DNA of 64,000 nt from a virus. Shown here in pieces: positions 53,239-62,000 of the stretch (positions are counted from its first letter, which is position 1; each line of letters opens with the position of its first letter). The stretch is from IMG/VR virus record IMGVR_UViG_3300031603_000001, positions 133,959 through 197,958 of that record. One strand, 5' to 3'. Below the pieces are notes generated by a model. The model had not been told where the DNA came from. It searched no databases and was given only the letters and a program-made list of their open reading frames with translations. The translations under genes and the position numbers were made by a program.

Positions 53239-55488
53239 ATGCCAGATAGTAATCCAACACCACTATTCCCTTACGAGGGCCAACCACCTAACGTGAGCTT
53301 TGCATCACCGGATGCACCTTTAATGAGTCAAGAAGCTTTTGCAGAGCAACCTGCAGCTGAGCAGATAGATGCATACATAAAAGACTTCGCCGATACCATG
53401 GCATCTGTAATATCTCCCAGCGGAGGAAAAGATGTCAAAGACATGTTTTTCGATCCACGTCGTCCTCTTATTGTTGAGCCAGGCTACCCTGCCTCTACCC
53501 AACTGAGTAAAGCAGACCACGAGTCTTTGGCAGCACAAGGGTGGGTTTGTTTAACCCATAACTTGTACACAGGAGAAGTAGGGACTATAACCTTTGACGC
53601 AGCAGGTGAAGAGATACTTGATGTAGGTGAAGGTGATCTAGGTAGTATGGCAGAACTAGAGACTATAATTAAAACCACTGACCTGTACTTAGGTATTTCT
53701 TCATTACGACAACCATTTGAAGTGTACAATAAAGTGCTACAAAACCTCGGGGTGCCTAATGACATGGCACCGACATACCAGGTGCCTCCTCGTTACATGC
53801 TACGTATACTCAACATACTTCCTAGGTTTCACGATCCTATCAACGGCTTCTCCAAGACTGCACCACCTAGGCCTATAGATTACTTTCCTGAACCCGGGCT
53901 AGAGGCTGAATTCGATGATATACCAATAGACTACAGTCCTCCTACTGACGGAGAGTCGGCGCTATTAGCAGACTTTCGAGCAGCAGGTCCTCCCGAAATA
54001 ACAGACTTATCCTTCCTAGATTTAGATGCGTCACTGGAGGCTGTAACAGTAGGACAATTATATGCCTATGGTGTACGAATATTTGTAGACAACTCAGGGT
54101 TTGAACCAGAGCTAGCTGAGCCCACTCCGCCACTTCCTCCACCAGAGCCTAGTATTGTGTGGATGCAGGTTGAGCTTCCGCAACTGGTTGCACCTCAGGA
54201 TATTAATGCAGTACAGAACATGGTACTACAGGGTATACCAGGTGGGGCAGCGGCACTACTACTCGGGGGAGACGCACGTATACACTTTAATCCAGAAGAC
54301 GCCTTAACTGTTTTAAAAGCAGCACCCGGTCTACTTGGAGATTCTATTGAATCTATTGAGAAATGGTACGCTAAAGCTTTAGCTTATGTAGATATGATAG
54401 CACCTGGAAGTCCTCAAGAATTAGCATGCTGCTTAATACAAGTACTTAGCGCATTCGTCGCAGCGCGTGATAGGGCCAAGAATGAAGAGGCAGGCTTAGA
54501 CACAAGCCACGCCGCTGCTGAGACAGCTGATGTTATACATAAGATTGAAAAGATAACCGGTGACTTATCAATGATCATTGAAGCAGTTATCCAGATGTCC
54601 GCAGTGCCTACTGTAGGGTTTGGTCAACTATGGTCGATCATACTAAACCTGTCCGCGCTTATACACGACGCTATGTTAATGGCAGTCAGTGGTGCGACCA
54701 TGGCACTCTGGCAGGCTATTGGATTAGAAATATTAATGACACTTCGTAGATGGTACAAAGAGGCTAACGATAAAGGACCAGGCTCAAGAGCTCTTATGGC
54801 CACGGCTCGTTGCTTTGCATTAGACGAAATGTTCTTAGGATTAGTTGGACAGTTCTCAGAATGGGGAAAGGGTAAATTGGGGGAGATAGCTTCTAGAATC
54901 AAATACTCAAACTCCTCTATAGCCCTTGATGCGCTTACATCTACCGCTCCTATCGCTAACCCTAACATGATATACTTACGAGGGCTACTAGCAGTGCTAC
55001 GGAAGATAAACATAGCAGTCTCTTCAGGAGAATTATGTTTCAACCGTGGCTTCACTGACATATCAAGTAATAGAAATAGGGGATACCAGGACAACTCCTC
55101 TAGAAATGAATATGGAGACCTGTACAAAGGCTCCGGCAATGAAGACGGTGATGATAATTCTGGATACGATGATGGTATTGGGTCCCTCTTCAACAGTCCC
55201 ACAGCTGATGATGTCAGCGCAACCGATTTAATAGGAGCTGCAGGTGGATCAAACCCATCACTCATATCGGGAAATACTAACACTGATGCTCAGCAGAGCT
55301 TCGGTATTGCAGGCCCGACAGACGTAGAGATGGTGAACTTCTTTGTTAAGTATTTCTCCATGTCACCCACTGAGGCCCGTACAACTATACGCCAACAGGA
55401 CACTTCCCGTAAATGCCGGGACAAGCTTACACAGCAAGAAGCTGGACAGCTTGGATCCATATTGGCACAAGTAGGTCTGGAACTATAA
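53239..55488 (+). CDS. large acidic hypothetical protein between terL and portal
   Basis: 749 aa, Pro/Asp-rich segments and a helical core. Confidence 0.75.
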   Translation: MPDSNPTPLFPYEGQPPNVSFASPDAPLMSQEAFAEQPAAEQIDAYIKDFADTMASVISPSGGKDVKDMFFDPRRPLIVEPGYPASTQLSKADHESLAAQGWVCLTHNLYTGEVGTITFDAAGEEILDVGEGDLGSMAELETIIKTTDLYLGISSLRQPFEVYNKVLQNLGVPNDMAPTYQVPPRYMLRILNILPRFHDPINGFSKTAPPRPIDYFPEPGLEAEFDDIPIDYSPPTDGESALLADFRAAGPPEITDLSFLDLDASLEAVTVGQLYAYGVRIFVDNSGFEPELAEPTPPLPPPEPSIVWMQVELPQLVAPQDINAVQNMVLQGIPGGAAALLLGGDARIHFNPEDALTVLKAAPGLLGDSIESIEKWYAKALAYVDMIAPGSPQELACCLIQVLSAFVAARDRAKNEEAGLDTSHAAAETADVIHKIEKITGDLSMIIEAVIQMSAVPTVGFGQLWSIILNLSALIHDAMLMAVSGATMALWQAIGLEILMTLRRWYKEANDKGPGSRALMATARCFALDEMFLGLVGQFSEWGKGKLGEIASRIKYSNSSIALDALTSTAPIANPNMIYLRGLLAVLRKINIAVSSGELCFNRGFTDISSNRNRGYQDNSSRNEYGDLYKGSGNEDGDDNSGYDDGIGSLFNSPTADDVSATDLIGAAGGSNPSLISGNTNTDAQQSFGIAGPTDVEMVNFFVKYFSMSPTEARTTIRQQDTSRKCRDKLTQQEAGQLGSILAQVGLEL

Positions 55489-55489
55489 A

Positions 55490-57007
55490 ATGGCTAGTAG
55501 ATTCTCTAAATATATACCACCAATCTTTACTCGACGTACCCAGGCTGAGAAGTTCAATGCCAGGGTTATGGATGTAATTGAAAGCTATGCCGAAGAAAAA
55601 CGCTTCGCTACCACTCCCCTAAGTATGAGGGATGGTGCCGGCAAATCAATTAACTCAGTAGAGAAGGTGTACAAGAAATTAAAGCAGGGACTATTAACAG
55701 CCATGGGCGTTAATAACCGCAATGGGTTCACTGCACCAGACTGGGATTTCCAAGAAGTAAATGAAGCAGCACAGACAGAGACAATGGCTCGCCGAGCTTT
55801 CGAGAAGTATGTAGAACAGATCTGGAAACAGAGCTTCGACTTCGTAGGCAAAAACAAAGCAACTGTACAATACATTAAGAAACGTTTCGCACAGATAGCG
55901 CTAGTCACAGACAAGCCTACAGAAGTGCTAATGCACGAAGTCAGCTATTCGCTCGTTTCGAAAGCTAGTACCGTTTTGATCAAGAAGCGTAAGGACTTGT
56001 CGTCAGGTGGACATGCACGCACTACCTTTGACGGTAAGACGCTGCAGCCTATTGCAGGACTCTTCGTAGCAGATCCAAGTATGATATGGGTTGACCGTGA
56101 TGAATACGGCAACATCAAAAAGTGGAAGCAACAGCAGGAAGAGATGTGGATGATGCAATGGCGTCACCGCAAACAAGAATGGATGCCTAAAGATGTAATG
56201 CATATGCGAGATCGTACAGCTACGTCTACTCTGTTCTTCTGGCCCATGCCTATGCTCACACCTGTGATGCCTGATATCCGGGCTCTTCGTGAAATGGAAG
56301 AGCTCTCTATGGTACAGGCAATGAAGTTCGCTATCCCACGTTACCACGGTAAAGTAGGAGAGAAGGAACGGCCCGGTACGAACAAAGAAATTGCTCAACT
56401 AGCAAATGATCTGGCAAACCTAGGAGATGACACTGCTTTGATTACCACTAGTCGCGCAGTTATTGAGAACATTTCCAACGGCGACCAGGTCATGGACCTT
56501 ACACCTTACCTAGGCTACTGGACCAAGCGTATACGCTCCGGACTAGGCATGTCGGACGTAGGTATGGGGGAAGGGGACACAGCTAACCGCGCTACCGCTC
56601 AGACCCTTGTAAGCGAAATGCAGAACACTACTATTAAATTCCAGAACATCATTAAGATACATATGGAAGAGTTGATCAAGGAGCTGTTGTATGAAGGCGG
56701 CTTCTCAGAACATACCCTGTCTGAGGATGACATGGTATTCTTCCAGTTTCCGGAAATAGATCTTCAGAACAAGATCGCCAAGGACACTCATGCACTCAAT
56801 CTATTCCAAGGCAATGGCATCACATTCTCAGAGATGCGAACAGACATTGGCAAAGAGCAGCTTGATCCAGGTGAGTACAAAGAATTGTATGCGTTTATGT
56901 TTCCTAAAGAAACATCAGACGGTGCAGAGAATACCACGAAAAACAAAACCCAACCAAGCAACCAGCACGGCAAAAGTACTTCGAAACCGAAGATAGCCAA
57001 AGACTGA
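55490..57007 (+). CDS. portal protein
   Basis: 505 aa downstream of terL; DVMHMR, PMLTPV, RIRSGLGMS..GMGEGDTANRATA, FPEID, GITFSEMR pattern. Confidence 0.8.
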   Translation: MASRFSKYIPPIFTRRTQAEKFNARVMDVIESYAEEKRFATTPLSMRDGAGKSINSVEKVYKKLKQGLLTAMGVNNRNGFTAPDWDFQEVNEAAQTETMARRAFEKYVEQIWKQSFDFVGKNKATVQYIKKRFAQIALVTDKPTEVLMHEVSYSLVSKASTVLIKKRKDLSSGGHARTTFDGKTLQPIAGLFVADPSMIWVDRDEYGNIKKWKQQQEEMWMMQWRHRKQEWMPKDVMHMRDRTATSTLFFWPMPMLTPVMPDIRALREMEELSMVQAMKFAIPRYHGKVGEKERPGTNKEIAQLANDLANLGDDTALITTSRAVIENISNGDQVMDLTPYLGYWTKRIRSGLGMSDVGMGEGDTANRATAQTLVSEMQNTTIKFQNIIKIHMEELIKELLYEGGFSEHTLSEDDMVFFQFPEIDLQNKIAKDTHALNLFQGNGITFSEMRTDIGKEQLDPGEYKELYAFMFPKETSDGAENTTKNKTQPSNQHGKSTSKPKIAKD

Positions 57008-57020
57008 TTAAGAGAGTAGT

Positions 57021-57329
57021 ATGAAAGCTCCAATACAACACAAAGAAGAATATAGATGCAGACACTGTAGCACCATTCTCGGCAAGTACAATGCGACTGA
57101 TGAATTCTTCATCCAGATCAAATGCCACCAAAGACATTGCAAGCAGATTAACAACTTCGGCAACCACCAGCCAGAGGAACTAATTGAGTTCCGCTGCCAG
57201 GCCGTAGATCCAAAGAAGAGCGCTAAAGCGGGGCACGACGTTGTCTGTAATAAATTACTAGGTAAGACATCACCAGGCACAGAAATCAACATACGATGCC
57301 CGCGCTGTACATCATTTACATCCTCATAA
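57021..57329 (+). CDS. tandem Mu Com-like zinc-ribbon protein
   Basis: YRCRHCSTILGK...IKCHQRHC..IN and FRC...CNKLLGK...IRCPRC. Confidence 0.7.
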   Translation: MKAPIQHKEEYRCRHCSTILGKYNATDEFFIQIKCHQRHCKQINNFGNHQPEELIEFRCQAVDPKKSAKAGHDVVCNKLLGKTSPGTEINIRCPRCTSFTSS

Positions 57330-57340
57330 GCGAGTAACAT

Positions 57341-57724
57341 ATGGCAGCTGTAGTCGGATATATTCAAGTCACACAAGGTAAAGGTACAAAGATGCGGGCG
57401 ACCAAGGAAGATGGCGTCTGGATTCCTCACCATATTATCGATAATGTGGGCTCTGAATCTGCGTTTTATACAGACACAATAGAGCCTGTGCAGGACATTC
57501 CTATACAACTCACGTCTGTGTCAACTCCTATCAAACAGGTATTTGTCAAGGCCGCAAATGATAACGCGGCATACATATACGTAATTACAAAGAATACAGA
57601 TAACACAACAGACGGTTACGAGCTAGGTAATGGTGAATCAATACCTATAGTTATTGACGATCTATCGAAAGTATGGATCCTATGCCCGGCTAACAGCCAG
57701 CTAGTGAGCTACATAGGCTCATGA
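57341..57724 (+). CDS. putative virion structural protein
   Basis: 127-aa beta-rich ORF in the head/tail module. Confidence 0.65.
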   Translation: MAAVVGYIQVTQGKGTKMRATKEDGVWIPHHIIDNVGSESAFYTDTIEPVQDIPIQLTSVSTPIKQVFVKAANDNAAYIYVITKNTDNTTDGYELGNGESIPIVIDDLSKVWILCPANSQLVSYIGS

Positions 57725-57876
57725 GTATTCTGGTTTCCAAAGCCAGAACAGCGGCAGTTATATGGTGGAAAGACGCACAGGCTAATGCGCTTATACGTAA
57801 GACAGTTTGGATATGGAATACAATACTCTCACGCACATGGGATACTTGGACAGACGACACATGGGATAATCTATAA
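57721..57876 (+). CDS. 51-aa Trp-rich peptide
   Basis: coupled at both ends; TWDTWTDDTWD. Confidence 0.5.
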   Translation: MSILVSKARTAAVIWWKDAQANALIRKTVWIWNTILSRTWDTWTDDTWDNL

Positions 57877-58643
57877 TGGCACCTAAACTACACGGAAAAA
57901 CACCGGCCAATACCTATGTACAGATAGCTGTATTTAATGATCCTGTAGGCGGCGACTACTCCATTGTACGAGACATAGGAGACGGTATTAATAATGAATT
58001 CGTCCCTGTACATGTAAAGCTGTCACTGGCCACAGCTCTGCGAGTAAAAGATGAAGCAGGGGAACTTGCATTCAATGTCAATTCATCTTCCCACGAAACA
58101 CTAATTCGTCTCGTACGAAGCGACGTAGCAGCAGCAGTACCTACCGGGTTACTGGAAGGCCAGATAGCAGCCAACGTACTTGACGGTAAGCTGTTCCTTA
58201 AAGGGGCCGGAGCTACTGTACACGAATTCACATCCGGCGTACATACCCATACACTTTCTCAAATAGAACAAAGTGGAGCTACAGCCAATCGCCCGCTAGT
58301 GTGGACAGGAGCAGCTTGGGCACCTAGTACTATAGTGCAATATGACTTAACAGCGCAAGCTGAAGCATTACAAATAGCAGGAAGCTTAGTAGCGACCGGC
58401 CAACTGCGTGCCGGTAACTCTATGATTATACTTAACAACGGCGGTGACCTAGCGGATATCACAGGAGCCGGGCTTACTCTTCAATACATGAATGGGGCAT
58501 CCCCAGTGAATACAGTTCAGTTAGTGTTTGATCCTACTACGTACACCGACTCCGGATGGGCAGTGTTCCACGCTAAGACTGGAATAGAAGCCGCTAAAGA
58601 ATTATTAACAACAGGATCCGTCATAGACGGCGGGACCTACTGA
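57876..58643 (+). CDS. tail-fibre-related protein
   Basis: LLEGQIAANVLDGKLFLK, HTH repeat, QSGATANRPLVWTGAAWAP, IDGGTY. Confidence 0.65.
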   Translation: MAPKLHGKTPANTYVQIAVFNDPVGGDYSIVRDIGDGINNEFVPVHVKLSLATALRVKDEAGELAFNVNSSSHETLIRLVRSDVAAAVPTGLLEGQIAANVLDGKLFLKGAGATVHEFTSGVHTHTLSQIEQSGATANRPLVWTGAAWAPSTIVQYDLTAQAEALQIAGSLVATGQLRAGNSMIILNNGGDLADITGAGLTLQYMNGASPVNTVQLVFDPTTYTDSGWAVFHAKTGIEAAKELLTTGSVIDGGTY

Positions 58644-58679
58644 CATAACATAATACATAACGTAAGGAGCATATGAAAA

Positions 58680-59042
58680 ATGCCTGAAAAGAATGAAGAA
58701 ACAAAAGAAGTAGAACAGCTAGATCCAATTGCAGCAGCAATCCAGCGACTAGCTTTACTACGTGGAGTATCTTACCCGAAGTACTCACAGAAGTTCAATG
58801 AACTTAAGTTACAAAAAGCAGAAGTAGAAGAGCAGTACGACCTAGCAGAGAAAGACCTTTCTGCGTCCAGCAACCGTATTGGGGAGATGACCAACTTTCT
58901 TATCTCACTTGGCATAAGCGCTGAAGACATTGATGCACGTGTAGACTTTACACTACGTATTATGGCTGCGCAGCCTGCTCCCGTAGAGGAGCCTTCAAAG
59001 ACTACTGACGACGCTGCTGCTAAGGCGGACGATAAGAAGTAA
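58680..59042 (+). CDS. coiled-coil protein, possible fibre chaperone
   Basis: 120 aa heptad-rich. Confidence 0.6.
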   Translation: MPEKNEETKEVEQLDPIAAAIQRLALLRGVSYPKYSQKFNELKLQKAEVEEQYDLAEKDLSASSNRIGEMTNFLISLGISAEDIDARVDFTLRIMAAQPAPVEEPSKTTDDAAAKADDKK

Positions 59043-59079
59043 GTCGCACCAATCCGGTATACCCGGGAAGAGAGTCTGA

Positions 59080-62000
59080 ATGTCTATTGTTCGGATAAAA
59101 ACTAGATCAACTGATAGCATTGCGCCAAGCTCACTCCAAAAGGGTGAGCTTGCGTACAACTATGGCGCCGGGCACATGTATATCGGTACAGAGGTTAATA
59201 CTGTACGTAATATACTTGCAGCCCAGTACATGCCGTCTGGGATAGATGCATCTAAGATCGGAGCAGGAGACGTATCTAATACGGAGCTTAGTTACTTATC
59301 CGGGGCAACCTCTAACCTACAAGACCAACTGACAGCGTTTGACGGGCATACTCATGATGCCTTGTACTCGCTGTTAGCACATACGCACGTCGGCGTGTAC
59401 GCGCCCGCGGGGCATGACCATAGCTTGGTATATGCTCCTATAATCCACAATCACGATACTGACTACTTCACTGCAACGAGGCTTGCTACAGCTAGCGATG
59501 CGTTTGTGCATTGGGATAACTTAACAAATTTACCATACACAGTGCAGCAAATCCTTGAAGGGTCAGGAGACCCGTCGATAGTAAAAGACTCTGACTTTAT
59601 GATTTGGAATGCACAAACACAGACCTCATCAGGTTATTCAGATATAGCATACGGGAATGGTGTGTATGTGAGAGTGGGTACTACATACGCAGCTGCCCCT
59701 GGTATACAGACTTCAGTTGACGGCAAGACTTGGGTAACCTCTTCATCAGGGCAAACTGCACAGTGGAAAAGAGTTATATACGCAGCAGGTTTATTTGTCG
59801 CTACCACAGATGAGGCGGTAGCAAATACTATAATGACGTCTCCCGACGGAATCACTTGGACGGCACGTACTGCGCCCCTTGCCGTTATAAAAGAAATAAC
59901 ATACGGTAATAGCGTCTTTGTAACTGTACATTCGTTACAAGGCACTAATAACGCTATGACATCGCCTGACGGAATCACCTGGACAGCACGTATTGCCCCC
60001 GATGACGGCTGGCAAAGTGTAGTATACGCTGATACTAAGTTTGTTGCAGTGGCAGCTACATCCGTAATGACCTCAGTAGATGGCATTACTTGGGCTACAC
60101 AAACCCCTGCCAGTGTAGCACGTACTTGGACAGACATAGCATACGGCAACGGCGTGTATGTTGCTGTGTCCTCCACTGACGCTTATCACACTGACCAGAT
60201 AATGTATTCCGAAGATGGGGTAACCTGGCAACTATCAACACATACAGCAGGCTGGTCTCTACAATCGGTAATATACAGCAACAGTACTTTTACGGCCATT
60301 GGACGTAAAGGAGAAGACAGTGTACCGGCCGGAGGGTCGTTGGTTGCGGGAGACAGCCCTGGACTTATAGTAGTATCTACTGACGGAATCACCTGGATGG
60401 AGGAGCCTGCTAATGTAGAATATGCAAGAACCCGTGCAGTAGCCGCTAATGATACACGCTTCGCTATGTCACTCATAAACGGGACTGCTGGGCGATTAGA
60501 AATTAGAGAAGCAGACAGTACACTAGCATACGTCGCCACTACTGACGGGGTAGGCGAGTACGGGCTGGTAGTAAACAATAACACAAATTGGGATACAGCG
60601 CATGGTTGGGGAGACCACTCAATAGCAGGATACGCTGCTGACACTAATATAGCTAACTGGGACACAGCCTTTGGCTGGGGAGATTGGGCAGGGCACACAC
60701 ATACATTTGCAAGTCTTACAAACAAGCCTGCAACCGTAGCAGGTTTTGGAATTACTGATGCATATACCCAGACTGAGCTACAAGGAGACGGTACGGCCCA
60801 AGTTCACTGGAACAACCTGGCCAGCATGCCTACCGTTATATCTACAGCAGAGCAGCGGCTAGCTGCGCAACGAGAGCCTACAGGCTTTGAGGCTGCCAAC
60901 GCAGACACCACCATTGCGTTCACTGAAGGTACACTCACCTTTACTATAGACCCATCCGGGGCAGATTATACATTTTGGATATTCGGAATTCCACATACGA
61001 TATCTGTACAAAAGTCAATTGTAATACCAGATGTAGAGGGATTACATCACATTTACTTTGACACTGACGAGGAACTCCGCAGTACTCAGACTTTCGACCC
61101 CCATGTTATCATTGGTGAAAAGGTTTATGTAGCAAACATATATTGGGACGCTATTAATAGCAAAGCTATAACCTTCGGAGACGAACGGCACGCCTTAATG
61201 CCATGGCAGGTTCACCTAAATTTGCACGAACAATTTGGTACAGCATTCGTAAGCGGGCTAGGCGTCACGGATATTACCGTAAACGGCAACGGTTCCGTAG
61301 AAGCCCACGCAAGTGTAGGCACAGCCTTAGGCGCTATTCGGGATGAAGATATTCCTCATACAATACCGGCCTTGGTTACTCCCGCCCAGATACCGGTAAT
61401 ATACAAAGAGGGTGCCTCGGGTAATTGGAGAGCATCTACCACCACCAACGCTCCTATTCTCAATACAGGAACAGGGCGCGCAGCGTATAATGAGTGGACA
61501 GGGACTACGTGGCAACAAACGGAAGTAGTTAACCTCGACTACGTTCTTATGCATATCATTGCGACTAATGACGTCCGTACTGGGTGCAAAGTTATGGCTG
61601 TGCAGGGACAAGCAGAATATGCTAAGTTAGCGGATGCCCGCACAGGTGCTAACTCAGAAATCAATAGTTTAATTACAGACGGCATTCCCTTCCAAGAATT
61701 CGTATTCATGGGAACGCTGATATACAAAACCAGCAATACAATGTCAAATACCTGGCAGGCTTCCATCCAAGCTACGGACGAGGGCGCTGATTACGTAGAT
61801 TGGAGAGTTACTGAGGTATCCCCGGGAGTAACGCCCACATCACACGTTAACTTAACGGGCAGAGATGTGCCTGGCGCACATCCCGCCATGGCCATTAGTG
61901 TTGACGTGGCAGGCTTTACTGGAAACCTCGGGAAAAGCGATGCTACCGTACAAGCTGCCCTCCAAACCCTGAACGACATGGCCACATCAGGCGGGACGGC

